A stretch of DNA of 64,000 nucleotides from assembly GCA_045661305.1 (NCBI GenBank), contig JAZRFJ010000036.1, forward strand, positions 2,379 to 66,378, read 5' to 3'. Within the stretch, counting starts at the first letter, position 1. Each line of letters opens with the position of its first letter. A model generated the notes under the pieces. The model saw only the letters and a list, made by a program, of their open reading frames with translations, searched no databases and was not told the origin of the DNA. Source of the DNA: Clostridia bacterium. GTDB taxonomy: Bacteria > Bacillota > Clostridia > UMGS1840. Positions 39,054 to 49,620 of the stretch are shown here, piece by piece. The position numbers and the translations under genes are program-made.

Positions 39054-39523
39054 AAGAAAAGAGCTTAAATAAAATAAAAATAATGTTTGTCTGCTACGGA
39101 AATATTTGTAGAAGTCCTATGGCAGAGTTTGTTTTTAAAGATATTTTAACGAAAAATAATGCACAAGATAAATTTTTTGTTGCCTCATCTGCAACAAGTC
39201 CTTACGAGGCAGGAATGTCCGTTCATCATGGCACAAAAAACAAGCTCAATTCACTTGGAATTTCAACAGAAGAAAAATTTTCTGTCCCCTTTAAAAAGTC
39301 TGATTATGAAGAATACGATTATATAATTGGAATGGACGATATGAATATTAAAAGCATTATTAAAATAGTTGGCGAAGACAAGGAAAATAAAATTCACAAA
39401 ATGATGAGCTTTGCCAATTCAGATGAAGATGTTGCAGACCCTTGGTATACAGGTGATTTTGATAAAACCTATGATGATATTTTTCTCGGTTGTACAAGGC
39501 TTTTTGAAAAGCTGATAAAATAA
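39050..39523 (+). CDS. Low-molecular-weight protein-tyrosine phosphatase
   Basis: P-loop VCYGNICRSPMAE (CX5R-S) and a DPWY-type Asp loop. ATGA overlap with the upstream gene. Confidence 0.85.
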   Translation: MKEKSLNKIKIMFVCYGNICRSPMAEFVFKDILTKNNAQDKFFVASSATSPYEAGMSVHHGTKNKLNSLGISTEEKFSVPFKKSDYEEYDYIIGMDDMNIKSIIKIVGEDKENKIHKMMSFANSDEDVADPWYTGDFDKTYDDIFLGCTRLFEKLIK

Positions 39524-39536
39524 GTACGAAGAATTA

Positions 39537-39584
39537 TAAAAAGCTGTGAAAACGATTATAAAATCGACATTTCACAGCTTTTAA
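39537..39584. terminator. Bidirectional terminator between the PTP gene and pfkA
   Basis: 11-bp outer stem AAGCTGTGAAA/TTTCACAGCTT. Confidence 0.6.
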
Positions 39585-39597
39585 GTTTTAATATTGA

Positions 39598-40689
39598 TTA
39601 ATCGCCAAAGCAAATACCGATTGATTTAGCTGCTTCAACAAGCTCAGAGTCGGGCTCAACTGCTTTGTTTGCACCGATAACATCCTCTAATGAAGCATAG
39701 CTCATAGCATTATCTTTAAGGCAAACCATATTCCCGAATTTTCCTGCAACAGCAAGTTCTACTGCGGCATAACCGTATCTTGTAGATAAAATTCTATCTG
39801 CTGCTGAAGGAGTACCGCCTCTCTGAATATGTCCAAGAACTGTTGCTCTTGCTTCCAAGCCAACCATTTTCTCAAGGTCTTCTGCAACCTTTGCAGCAAT
39901 TCCGCCAAGACGGATTGGGTCAGGGCTTCCTTCAATAACTTTAAGAACACTCACTTCACCTGTTACTGATTTTGCACCTTCAGCAACAGCAATAACAGAA
40001 AATTCTTTTCCATGTTTGATTCTGTTTTTCACATGTTCTGCAACTTTGTTAATATCATAAGGAATTTCAGGAATAAGAATAGCGTCCGCACCACCTGCAA
40101 CACCTGAATAAAGTGCTAAAAAGCCTGCATATCTTCCCATGATTTCAACAGTAATAATTCTGTGATGGGATTCTGCTGTTGTATGAAGTCTGTCCATACA
40201 TTCAGATGCAACACCAATAGCTGTATCAAAACCAAATGTTGTATCTGTTGATGATAAGTCATTATCTATTGTCTTAGGAACACCTATTATAGGAACACCA
40301 AGTCTTGAAAAATCTCTTCCGCTTGTTAATGTTCCGTCTCCGCCGATGATAATCATTGCATCAATATTATTTTTCTTAATATTTTCTATGCCTACATGAG
40401 AAACATTCTTTTTTACCATATTTCCGTTTTCATCCGGAACAAGATAATCAAACAAATTATCTTTGTTTGAACTGTAAAGAATAGTTCCCCCTCTATGAAG
40501 GATACCGGAAGTGTTCTCTAAAGTAAGTTCTACTGTTTCATTGTCATAAAGACCTTTATAACCGTTTTTAAAACCTACAACAGTCATTCCGTATTTTCCT
40601 ATTGCAGTTTTAACTACGGCTCTTATTACCGGATTAAGCCCGGGACAATCCCCGCCACCTGTTAAAATACCTATCCTCTTAATTGCCAT
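39598..40689 (-). CDS. pfkA: 6-phosphofructokinase (PfkA family)
   Basis: IGILTGGGDCPGLN, GGDGT and PKTIDND motifs. Start placed at MAIKRIG with a GAGGT RBS; the longest ORF starts at 40725. Confidence 0.85.
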   Translation of the reverse strand: MAIKRIGILTGGGDCPGLNPVIRAVVKTAIGKYGMTVVGFKNGYKGLYDNETVELTLENTSGILHRGGTILYSSNKDNLFDYLVPDENGNMVKKNVSHVGIENIKKNNIDAMIIIGGDGTLTSGRDFSRLGVPIIGVPKTIDNDLSSTDTTFGFDTAIGVASECMDRLHTTAESHHRIITVEIMGRYAGFLALYSGVAGGADAILIPEIPYDINKVAEHVKNRIKHGKEFSVIAVAEGAKSVTGEVSVLKVIEGSPDPIRLGGIAAKVAEDLEKMVGLEARATVLGHIQRGGTPSAADRILSTRYGYAAVELAVAGKFGNMVCLKDNAMSYASLEDVIGANKAVEPDSELVEAAKSIGICFGD

Positions 40690-40872
40690 TTTCATTACCT
40701 CTAATTTCAGAATTTTACATAGCATTACTACCTACCATATTTTATATTATTTTTGCAAAAAAATCAAGTGTTTTTGACAAAATAATAATAAAAAATGATA
40801 CTATATGCATATTTTTCAAAAATCCACCTAAAAATGTTGTAATTTGTGTACTTTCTTTTTTTAAAAAAACTG

Positions 40873-40901
40873 TTGACATAACCTTAAAAATATTATAAAA
40901 T
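40873..40901 (+). promoter_or_regulatory. Putative tex promoter (TTGACA-17-TAAAAT)
   Basis: The hexamers and spacing were read directly, 31 nt upstream of the tex ATG. Confidence 0.5.
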
Positions 40902-40931
40902 ATTTTTATATAACATTAATGGAGGAAAAAC

Positions 40932-43082
40932 ATGGATTTTGTAAAAATTTTATCTTCGGAATTCAATATAAATGAAAAATATGTTAAGAATATTATTACT
41001 CTTATTGAAGGAAATAATACTATTCCTTTTATCGCGCGTTACCGTAAAGAATTGACAGGCTCGTGTGATGACCAGGTTTTAAGAGAGTTAAATGACAGAC
41101 TTACATATTTAAAAAATTTAGAGGAAAGAAAAAACGAAATTATAAACAGTATTACCGAACAAGGTAAAATGACAGATGAGCTTTTAAAAGCAATTGATGA
41201 AGCACTTACTCTTGCATCAGTTGAAGATATATACCGTCCTTACAAACAAAAAAAGAAAACAAGAGCTTCCGTAGCAAAAGAAAGAGGTTTAGAGCCGCTT
41301 TATGATATTTTAATTTTGCAAAATGAAAAAACAGGAGATGTAAATGATTTTGCAAAAGATTTTATAACAGAAGATGTTCCTGATTGTGAAAGTGCAATTT
41401 CTGGTGCCATGGATATTTTGGCCGAAGCTATAAGCGATGATGCGAATGCAAGAAAAGAAATAAAGGGAATTTTTTCAAAAACAGGTCTTCTTACTTCAAC
41501 AGCAAAAGACAATGATGCCGAGTCTGTTTACGAGATGTATTATGATTATTCTGAAAGTATATCAAAAATCCCTTCACACAGAATACTTGCAATAAACAGA
41601 GGTGAAAAAGAAGATTTTCTTAAAGTATCAATCGCAGTTTCGGAAGATGACTGTATAAATGCACTTGAAAAACTCTATTTAAAAGAGGTTTCTATATGGA
41701 CAGAATATGTGAAAGCATCAGTTAAAGACAGCTACAAAAGACTTATTGAGCCATCTGTTGAAAGAGAATTTCGTTCACTTCTTACTGATAACGCAAACGA
41801 GCAAGCAATGAAAATCTTCTCACTTAATTTAAAAGCACTTCTTATGCAGCCTCCAATTAAAGGAAAAACTGTTCTTGCACTTGACCCGGCTTACAGAACC
41901 GGATGTAAAACAGCCATATGTGATAAAACAGGAAAAGTTCTTGATACAGCAGTAGTATATCCTACACCGCCGCAAAATAAAATTGATGAAGCTAAAAAAA
42001 TAATAAAAGCTCTTATTGATAAACATAATGTTGAAATTATTTCTATCGGGAACGGAACTGCTTCAAAAGAAACTGAAATGTTTGTAGTTGAACTATTAAA
42101 AGAAACCCAACAAAAGCCTTCATATATGGTTGTATCTGAAGCTGGTGCATCTGTTTACAGCGCTTCTAAGCTTGCTGCAAAAGAATTCCCACAATTCGAT
42201 GTCTCTCTGAGAAGTGCAGTTTCAATCGGAAGAAGATTACAGGACCCACTTTCAGAGCTTGTAAAAATTGACCCCAAAGCTGTTGGTGTCGGTCAATATC
42301 AACACGATATGCCACAATCAAGACTTAACGAAAATTTATGCGGTGTAGTTGAAGATTGCGTTAATAAGGTCGGCGTTGATCTCAATACTGCCTCCCCATC
42401 ACTTTTATCTTATGTTTCAGGTTTGAGTGCAACAGTAGCACAAAACATTGTTACATACCGTGAAGAAAACGGAGCTTTTACAAAAAGAAATCAGCTTATG
42501 AAAGTACCTAAGTTAGGTCCTAAGGCATATACACAATGTGCGGGATTTTTAAGAATTTCAGAGGGAGAAAATATACTTGATAATACAGGTGTACACCCTG
42601 AAAGCTATGAAGCCTGTGAAAAAATGCTTGAAATTTTAGGATATACAAAAGAAGATATAGCATCAGGTAAGGCTACACTTCTTTTTGAAAAAATAAAGCT
42701 CATAGGTGAAGATAAGCTTGCAGAACAAATAGGGATAGGTGTACCTACACTCCATGATATTATAACAGAGCTAAAAAAACCGGGCCGCGATATAAGAGAT
42801 GAGCTTCCTCCTCCGCTTTTAAGGAGTGATGTTCTTGATATAAAAGACTTAAAAGAGGGAATGGAAATAAAAGGCACTGTACGAAATGTTGTTGACTTCG
42901 GTGCATTTGTCGACATAGGAGTACACCATGACGGACTTGTTCATATTTCACAGATTTCAGATAAATATATAAAACACCCGTCTGAAATACTTAAAGTAGG
43001 ACAGGTTATAAAAACAAAGATCCTTTCTGTTGACGAAAAAACAAACAGAATTGCACTCACTATGAAGGGAGTAAACAATTAA
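40932..43082 (+). CDS. tex: Tex-like transcription accessory protein (YqgF/RuvC-like, HhH, C-terminal S1 domain)
   Basis: 716 aa with TIPFIARYRKE at the N-terminus and a C-terminal S1 domain (GTVRNVVDFGAFVDIG...GLVHISQ). Confidence 0.9.
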   Translation: MDFVKILSSEFNINEKYVKNIITLIEGNNTIPFIARYRKELTGSCDDQVLRELNDRLTYLKNLEERKNEIINSITEQGKMTDELLKAIDEALTLASVEDIYRPYKQKKKTRASVAKERGLEPLYDILILQNEKTGDVNDFAKDFITEDVPDCESAISGAMDILAEAISDDANARKEIKGIFSKTGLLTSTAKDNDAESVYEMYYDYSESISKIPSHRILAINRGEKEDFLKVSIAVSEDDCINALEKLYLKEVSIWTEYVKASVKDSYKRLIEPSVEREFRSLLTDNANEQAMKIFSLNLKALLMQPPIKGKTVLALDPAYRTGCKTAICDKTGKVLDTAVVYPTPPQNKIDEAKKIIKALIDKHNVEIISIGNGTASKETEMFVVELLKETQQKPSYMVVSEAGASVYSASKLAAKEFPQFDVSLRSAVSIGRRLQDPLSELVKIDPKAVGVGQYQHDMPQSRLNENLCGVVEDCVNKVGVDLNTASPSLLSYVSGLSATVAQNIVTYREENGAFTKRNQLMKVPKLGPKAYTQCAGFLRISEGENILDNTGVHPESYEACEKMLEILGYTKEDIASGKATLLFEKIKLIGEDKLAEQIGIGVPTLHDIITELKKPGRDIRDELPPPLLRSDVLDIKDLKEGMEIKGTVRNVVDFGAFVDIGVHHDGLVHISQISDKYIKHPSEILKVGQVIKTKILSVDEKTNRIALTMKGVNN

Positions 43083-43486
43083 TGGCAGAAAAAATTGATG
43101 CTCATAGAATTTATTCATCTCTTTCGCTTGCGTATATAGGAGATGCTATTTACGAAGCATTTATACGCTCACAATTACTTAAAAACGGAGATATGAGAGT
43201 AAAAGATTTACATAAAAAAGCAAAGAATTATGTAAGTGCAAAATCACAGTACCTTATTTTCGATAAACTTGAAGAATTTCTTAGAGAAGATGAAATTAAT
43301 GTATATAAAAGAGGAAGAAACACAAAAGTACACACTAAAGCCAAAAACGCAAATGCAAATGAGTATCATGTTGCAACGGGATTAGAGGCATTAATAGGTT
43401 ATCTTTATTTATCAGAGCAAAAAGAGCGTCTTAATGAAATACTCACAAAATGTTACGATATTGCAAATAATCTTAAAAATGAGTAA
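43082..43486 (+). CDS. mrnC: Mini-ribonuclease III
   Basis: 134 aa with LAYIGDAIYE...ATGLEALIGYLY, an RNase III-like catalytic signature without a dsRBD. Confidence 0.85.
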   Translation: MAEKIDAHRIYSSLSLAYIGDAIYEAFIRSQLLKNGDMRVKDLHKKAKNYVSAKSQYLIFDKLEEFLREDEINVYKRGRNTKVHTKAKNANANEYHVATGLEALIGYLYLSEQKERLNEILTKCYDIANNLKNE

Positions 43487-43509
43487 TAAGCACTAAAGGA
43501 GAAAAATAA

Positions 43510-44457
43510 ATGTCAAAAGAAAAAGAAGCTCTCATTTTCCATAACAGAGAACTCATATACATAAGTCCCGCGTCCCTTGTTTTCTTTGGCGGTAATGCAT
43601 TTTCACTTAAAGAAAAATCTTTTTATGAAATTTTTAAAACTGATTGCGGTTATCTTAATAAAATAATAGAAAACAAGAAAACAAAAGTTACCTTAAAAAC
43701 CTTTGAAGACTGCATTATTGACGCAGAAATTACAAAAAGCACAATAGATTCCAACGAAATAGTATGCGTGTACTTCAAAGCTGATTTATCAAAGGTTTCA
43801 TACAAAAAAACATACAAAGACAAAGGAATTTATCAGGAAACAGTTGAAGAAAACATGACCGAACTTTTAAATCGAATTAATTCTCTTAAAAACACTCGTA
43901 ACGCAGACACAATTTTACAAATTAAAAGAAAGCTTATGTCGTTTTCTCTTGATGTTTATGATATTTTAAAAGCTAAAGTCACAAACAATCTCACAACTTT
44001 TGATGTGTCTTATGTTTATACAGATGTATCAGAATTTATTAAAGAATGTGTGTCTGAAATAAAGGAAGAAAATCCTGATTTGAGTATAATACTTACTCCG
44101 CCTGTTATGACAATATTTGGTGTGAATACAAACAAAGAATACTTAAGGGAATTTTTAAAAAAGGCTACTTATTATATCGGGAAAAATTCAGATGACAAAA
44201 AGGTTTATTTTGAAATTAATCAGAAAAAAGATACCTTGTCATTAACAATAATGGGAACAAGCCTTTATGTTGATTTTCTCAAAGCTTCAAACAAGAATAA
44301 TGTCACAAACATTGATGAATTTTCCGATATTCTCATATTAAACGATTTAGCGAAAAAATCCGGTGCAGAGTTTTCCTGCACTCAGGAAGAAAACACAATC
44401 GACTCGTTGAGAATTACTTTCCAAAGACAGGAAAGACGCCGTTTCATAGAAGACTAA
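43510..44457 (+). CDS. Hypothetical protein
   Basis: 315-aa ORF with an AGGAG RBS, co-oriented with tex-mrnC. No motif was recognised. Confidence 0.5.
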   Translation: MSKEKEALIFHNRELIYISPASLVFFGGNAFSLKEKSFYEIFKTDCGYLNKIIENKKTKVTLKTFEDCIIDAEITKSTIDSNEIVCVYFKADLSKVSYKKTYKDKGIYQETVEENMTELLNRINSLKNTRNADTILQIKRKLMSFSLDVYDILKAKVTNNLTTFDVSYVYTDVSEFIKECVSEIKEENPDLSIILTPPVMTIFGVNTNKEYLREFLKKATYYIGKNSDDKKVYFEINQKKDTLSLTIMGTSLYVDFLKASNKNNVTNIDEFSDILILNDLAKKSGAEFSCTQEENTIDSLRITFQRQERRRFIED

Positions 44458-44460
44458 TAT

Positions 44461-44501
44461 AAAAAGTGCTGCGAGAATTAAAATTCTCACAGCACTTTTT
44501 T
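44461..44501. terminator. Bidirectional terminator
   Basis: Stem GTGCTG(C)GAGAATT/AATTCTC(A)CAGCAC flanked by an A-run and a T-run. Confidence 0.7.
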
Positions 44502-44513
44502 AAAAACAAAACC

Positions 44514-45158
44514 TTATTTTTGTCTTTTTAACATCCACTCTTCCTTATTTACCTGTCTTTCTCTTGCTATTGCAAGTGCATTGTCAGGAACATCATCTGT
44601 AATAGTAGAGCCTGCTGCAGTATAGGCGTTTTCACCAACTATAACAGGTGAAACAAGATTTGTATTACAACCTATAAAGGCATTATCTTTTATTGTAGTT
44701 CTGTGTTTCTTCTTTCCATCATAGTTAACAATAACCGTTCCACAACCAAAGTTTACATTCTCACCTACATCACAATCACCAACATAAGTAAGATGTGAAA
44801 TTTTAGTCTTATCACCAATAGAAGAATTTTTGATTTCAACAAAATCTCCGATTTTAACATTCTTTCCAACCTTACTTGATGGTCTTAAATAAGCAAAAGG
44901 CCCTATAGTTGTACCATCATCAATTTCACTTTCTGTTATATATGAATGTTTTATAGTTACATTGTTCCCTATTTTAGAGTCTGAAATCTCCGTAGAAAAT
45001 CCTATAAGACAATTCTCGCCTATAACGCAATTACCTTTTATATACACACAAGGCTCTATAACAGTTCCTTTTCCGATAATTGCTCTTTCATCAATGTACG
45101 CGGTTTTTTCATCAATGAAAATAACACCATTTGAAATATGTTTCTTTATTATATCCAT
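44514..45158 (-). CDS. glmU: Stand-alone left-handed beta-helix acetyltransferase equivalent to the GlmU C-terminal domain
   Basis: 214 aa that is collinear with GlmU residues ~236 to the end (GPFAYLRP..., HLTYVGD..., NYDG.KKH.T.I). No uridyltransferase domain is encoded upstream. Confidence 0.7.
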   Translation of the reverse strand: MDIIKKHISNGVIFIDEKTAYIDERAIIGKGTVIEPCVYIKGNCVIGENCLIGFSTEISDSKIGNNVTIKHSYITESEIDDGTTIGPFAYLRPSSKVGKNVKIGDFVEIKNSSIGDKTKISHLTYVGDCDVGENVNFGCGTVIVNYDGKKKHRTTIKDNAFIGCNTNLVSPVIVGENAYTAAGSTITDDVPDNALAIARERQVNKEEWMLKRQK

Positions 45159-45191
45159 GTTATCTCTCCTTTCCAAACGCAACAGTAGTTG

Positions 45192-46541
45192 TTACGATAA
45201 CCTTGCCTCAATAAGCTTTGCAAGGTAATTCGCTTTTTTGGCAATATAATCCTTATCGTTACCTTCGAGCATTACTCTTACTTTAGGCTCTGTACCTGAA
45301 GGACGGATAAGAACTCTCCCACTTTCGGAAAATTCTTTTTCAAGTGCATTTATTTCAGCCATAATTATCTCATCATCTACATAGCTGTATTTCTTAGCAT
45401 TGCTCACTTTTGCATTAACCATTACTTGTGGAAGCGGTTTGAAAACATCTGAAAGCTCACTTAATTTTTTTCCTGATTTTTTTATAATTGAAAGAAGCTG
45501 GAGTGCTGAAACAAGCCCATCACCTGTTGTATTGTGGTCAAGAAATATTATATGTCCGGATTGTTCACCACCAAGAGAATAACCATGATTAAGCATTTCC
45601 TCTAAAACATATCTGTCGCCCACTTTTGTTTGAGCAATATTTATACCTTCCTCTTTTGCACTCAAAACAAGTCCTAAATTCGTCATAACTGTGGTTACAA
45701 GTGTACTTTTATTCAGCTTCCCGTCAGCATTAAGACTCTTAGCACAGATAAGCATAATTTTATCTCCGTCAACAAGCTCACCGTTTTCATCTATGACAAG
45801 CAATCTGTCTGCATCTCCGTCAAAAGAAAGACCTATATCAACATCAATATTTTTAACATATTTCGCAAAGTCTTTAGTATTAGTTGAACCACAGTTAAGA
45901 TTTATATTTACACCATTTGGATGGTTTGAAACAACATACACCTCTGCTCCAAGACCTGCAATAACCTCAACAGCAGTTTTATAGGAAGCACCGTTTGCAC
46001 AGTCAATAGCAATTTTCATACCGCTAAGGTCGCCCTCTATTGTCTTTTTTGCAAATTCAATATAATCTTCAAGTGCATTCTGGGAGTCATGACTTCTTCC
46101 CACATTATCTCCTGTAGGAAGTTTTATTTCATTATCATTTTCTAAAATAAGCTTTTCTATTTCTTCCTCTATTTCATCACTCAGCTTATATCCGTTTGTA
46201 TTAAATATCTTTATGCCGTTATATTCAGCACTGTTATGCGAAGCTGAAATAACAACACCTGCATCAGCTTCGTATTTTCTTGTTAAATATGCTACCGCCG
46301 GTGTAGGAATAACACCAAGCTTCACAACATCAGCACCTACTGAACACATACCTGCCAGTAACGATGCTTCAAGCATATCGCCTGATATTCTTGTGTCTTT
46401 ACCTATAAGTATTTTAGGCTTGTGTTTTATTTTTGATGTTAGTACATAAGCTGCACATTGTCCGATTTTAAACGCAAGCTCACAGGTGAGTTCCTCATTG
46501 GCAACTCCCCTTACACCGTCTGTTCCAAACAGTTTTCCCAT
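45192..46541 (-). CDS. glmM: Phosphoglucosamine mutase
   Basis: 449 aa with [12 protein letters not shown] and the active-site motif [13 protein letters not shown]. Confidence 0.9.
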   Translation of the reverse strand: MGKLFGTDGVRGVANEELTCELAFKIGQCAAYVLTSKIKHKPKILIGKDTRISGDMLEASLLAGMCSVGADVVKLGVIPTPAVAYLTRKYEADAGVVISASHNSAEYNGIKIFNTNGYKLSDEIEEEIEKLILENDNEIKLPTGDNVGRSHDSQNALEDYIEFAKKTIEGDLSGMKIAIDCANGASYKTAVEVIAGLGAEVYVVSNHPNGVNINLNCGSTNTKDFAKYVKNIDVDIGLSFDGDADRLLVIDENGELVDGDKIMLICAKSLNADGKLNKSTLVTTVMTNLGLVLSAKEEGINIAQTKVGDRYVLEEMLNHGYSLGGEQSGHIIFLDHNTTGDGLVSALQLLSIIKKSGKKLSELSDVFKPLPQVMVNAKVSNAKKYSYVDDEIIMAEINALEKEFSESGRVLIRPSGTEPKVRVMLEGNDKDYIAKKANYLAKLIEARLS

Positions 46542-46635
46542 ATTTTTTTATCCTCTCTTTTTCATTTTTTCTTTTCTCTTTTTTTCTTTTTTGCGGTTTT
46601 TATACTTGTTGTACTTTTTCTAATTTTTCCGATGT

Positions 46636-48492
46636 TTATTCAACAGTTACTGATTTTGCAAGATTTTTAGGTTTATCTATATCATTTCCCCTTTTTCTTG
46701 CTACATAATATGCTAAAAGCTGAAGCGGTATTACAGATAAAAGCGGTGAAAGAAGACTTGTTTCAAACGGCAATACAATAAGCTCATCAGCATTTTTGTG
46801 AATATCTTTTGTATCTTCATTACAAACAACTATTGTATATGCTCCTCTCGTTGCCACTTCTTTTAAGTTGCTTTGCAATTTTTCGCATATTTTTTTATCT
46901 GTACTTACTGCTATAACAGGAGTCCCTTTTTCAATCAGTGCAATAGGTCCATGCTTAAGTTCCCCTGCTGCATAACTCTCAGAATGAATATACGAAATCT
47001 CTTTGAGCTTTAAAGAACCTTCCATGCTTACTGCATAATCAAGCAATCTTCCTATATAATAAACATCGTTCTTATTATATATCTTTTCTGCAATTTTTTT
47101 GATTTTTTCTTCCTGTAAAAACACCTCCTCAATTTTTTTGTGAATATTATAAAGTTCTCTTTTTACGGTATCAGAAATTTCTGAAATAGTTGTTTTTTTT
47201 GTATCTTTTTCTTCTTTACTTTTTATTTCACAAAAACGCACTGCAAACAAATACAACATCGTGAGCTGTGTCAGATATGCTTTTGTTGAAGCAACTGAAA
47301 TTTCAGGGCCTGCCTGTGTATAAAAAACAAAGTCTGCTTCTCTCGAAACTGTACTTCCAACAACATTTGTTATTGCAAAAACCTTAGAGCCTTTCTCTTT
47401 TGCAAGTCTTATTCCAGCTAAAGTATCTGCCGTTTCACCTGACTGACTTACTGCAATAACAAGAGTATTTTCATCTAAAAGCGGCTCAGAATATCTGAAT
47501 TCAGATGCTATTTCAACACATACGGGGATGCCACTTAATTTTTCTATCGCATATTTACCTACTAAGCCCGCATGATACGCTGTTCCGCAAGCAACAATAT
47601 AAATCTTATTTACATCTTTTACTGCATCCTCATCAAATACATTTGTTTCAAAATTGTCAAAAAGCCTTCCTCTTAATGTATCCAGAACTGCTCTTGGCTG
47701 TTCGTGAATTTCTTTTAACATAAAGTGTTCATAACCGCCTTTTTCAGCAGTATCCTGCGAAAAAGTTATATTATGAAGTTCTCTTTCTATTTCGTTTCCA
47801 AAAGCATCCGAAACAGAAACACTGTCCTTTGTAATAACACAAAAATCTCCGTCCGAAAGGAAATAAACTTTCTTTGTTTCAGAAAGTATTGCAGGTATAT
47901 CTGAAGCTATAAAATTCTCATTTTCACCTACACCAACTATCAAAGGACTATCTTTCCTTGCGGCAAAAAGCTTATCAGGCTCATATTCGCTCAAAAGTCC
48001 AAGAGCATAGCTTCCTTTTAACATTTTAACTGCATTTTTAAACGCAGAAAATACATCTCCATTGTAAAAATACTCAACAAGATGAACAATAACCTCTGTA
48101 TCGGTTTCAGATATAAACTCAAAACCTGAATTTTTAAGAAATTCCCTTAGCTCCTGGTAATTTTCAATAATACCATTATGAACCAAAGAAAACTTTTTGT
48201 TTTGCGAAAAATGAGGATGTGAATTTATTCTGCTTGCCTCACCGTGAGTTGCCCAGCGTGTATGCCCTATCCCTATTTTCCCTTTTAAAGCATTATCAGG
48301 ATTTTCAAAAAGCAAGCCTCTTAAATTTTTTAGTTTACCTTTTTCTTTGCATACACAGAGCTTTTTTCCGTCCTCCACTATACATACACCAGCAGAATCA
48401 TATCCTCTGTACTCTAATTTTTCAAGTCCGTTCAACAAAATTTCAACAGCTTTTCTGTTGCCAACATATCCAACTATTCCACACATAGTCAT
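46636..48492 (-). CDS. glmS: Glutamine--fructose-6-phosphate aminotransferase
   Basis: Nucleophile at MCGIVGY, two SIS domains and a C-terminal KSVTVE. Confidence 0.95.
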   Translation of the reverse strand: MTMCGIVGYVGNRKAVEILLNGLEKLEYRGYDSAGVCIVEDGKKLCVCKEKGKLKNLRGLLFENPDNALKGKIGIGHTRWATHGEASRINSHPHFSQNKKFSLVHNGIIENYQELREFLKNSGFEFISETDTEVIVHLVEYFYNGDVFSAFKNAVKMLKGSYALGLLSEYEPDKLFAARKDSPLIVGVGENENFIASDIPAILSETKKVYFLSDGDFCVITKDSVSVSDAFGNEIERELHNITFSQDTAEKGGYEHFMLKEIHEQPRAVLDTLRGRLFDNFETNVFDEDAVKDVNKIYIVACGTAYHAGLVGKYAIEKLSGIPVCVEIASEFRYSEPLLDENTLVIAVSQSGETADTLAGIRLAKEKGSKVFAITNVVGSTVSREADFVFYTQAGPEISVASTKAYLTQLTMLYLFAVRFCEIKSKEEKDTKKTTISEISDTVKRELYNIHKKIEEVFLQEEKIKKIAEKIYNKNDVYYIGRLLDYAVSMEGSLKLKEISYIHSESYAAGELKHGPIALIEKGTPVIAVSTDKKICEKLQSNLKEVATRGAYTIVVCNEDTKDIHKNADELIVLPFETSLLSPLLSVIPLQLLAYYVARKRGNDIDKPKNLAKSVTVE

Positions 48493-48689
48493 TTTCCTTT
48501 CTTACGGTATCATAAAATTAAACAATACATAAAAAAGGACTGAAAAAAACATCACATAAATACAGCACTGTTACAGTCCTTATTTTATGATACCGTTTTT
48601 TTCAAATTTATAAACATTAATATATTAAATATGCAAATTATCTTTGTTCACAAATTACTCTGTGTTTTTTAATAAATTGCTAACGATTA

Positions 48690-48865
48690 TTCTAGTCATC
48701 GGAGAACCAAACTGTTTGTGGTTCAAAAAGGAAAATTTAGCAAGTATAAGGCGTAAAAAGTTCAATTCTCCAATGACTAAAAGCCAACCGTGAGACATCC
48801 GCCGAATCTTTCGATAATCTCAATCCTCGTCAACCACCTTTGCCGATATGTGGTCCCGGCGCTGT
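48690..48865 (-). ncRNA. glmS ribozyme/riboswitch in the glmS leader
   Basis: The minus strand reads AGCGCCGGGAC...GGTGGTTGACGAGGA..ATCGAA..TTCGGCGGATG..CGGTTGGC, matching the conserved glmS ribozyme core. The P4 pairing TAGTCATTGGAGAA/TTCTCCGATGACTA is also present. Confidence 0.85.
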
Positions 48866-48931
48866 AAATATGACACTTCCTATACTCTCCTTTCCTATTT
48901 ATTATCGGTAATGAGTATCATATCTTTTTAC

Positions 48932-48960
48932 ATTATATTACAATTTCACAATTTTGTCAA
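48932..48960 (-). promoter_or_regulatory. Consensus promoter of the glmS unit (TTGACA-17-TATAAT)
   Basis: Exact hexamers on the minus strand, about 65 nt upstream of the ribozyme 5' end. Confidence 0.7.
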
Positions 48961-48971
48961 CATTTTTAAAA

Positions 48972-49007
48972 AATAACATGCAGAAAAAAATAATTCTGCA
49001 TGTTATT
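48972..49007 (-). terminator. Terminator after the GerM-like gene
   Basis: Stem AATAACATGCAG/CTGCATGTTATT followed by a T-run on the minus strand. Confidence 0.6.
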
Positions 49008-49016
49008 TAATATATT

Positions 49017-49544
49017 TTACCACTCTTCTTTAAAAACTATATCCTGATTATCAAAAAAAGCATCCTCTAAAACAAAATGGCCTCCAAACTCTGCATCAGT
49101 TTTACCCTCAATGTTTATCTTCACCTGGTCAACATTATCAAGCTCGCACAATGAATTTACAACTGAATAAATAGCAAACATTTCCTTAGTTGAGCCACCT
49201 GTATTATGCTTTAAAAATTCTTCTGACAAATCAATGGTACATATTCCATCTTCTGTATTTACAGATAAAACATCAACATCTCCAAAAACACCATCAGTAA
49301 GTCTGTCATTTTCAGGCCCGTCAAAAAGTTCATCTAAAATAAGTTCTTCCATCTTACCCCGTCCGCGTTCTTCAAATCTTTTTTCTTTGTGCAGGTATCT
49401 GCCGTCTTTATCAGGGAAATAAAGAATTATTTCCACTTCTTCCTCTCCTGATGGCTTTCGCTCTATCGTATCTCTACAACTACATAAGGAAAACAAAATA
49501 CAAAACATGATAATTGCAAAAGTAATTTTTTTCATATTTTTCAT
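49017..49544 (-). CDS. GerM/GerMN-domain-like lipoprotein
   Basis: Signal peptide with lipobox LCSC. Its size and acidic beta-rich domain resemble the GerMN domain, a weak assignment from memory. Confidence 0.45.
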   Translation of the reverse strand: MKNMKKITFAIIMFCILFSLCSCRDTIERKPSGEEEVEIILYFPDKDGRYLHKEKRFEERGRGKMEELILDELFDGPENDRLTDGVFGDVDVLSVNTEDGICTIDLSEEFLKHNTGGSTKEMFAIYSVVNSLCELDNVDQVKINIEGKTDAEFGGHFVLEDAFFDNQDIVFKEEW

Positions 49545-49620
49545 ATTACCACAACCGTTTCAAATTTATTTTTTTATTAATTTATATTATAGACATAATA
49601 TGCAATTTAAAAACATTTTT

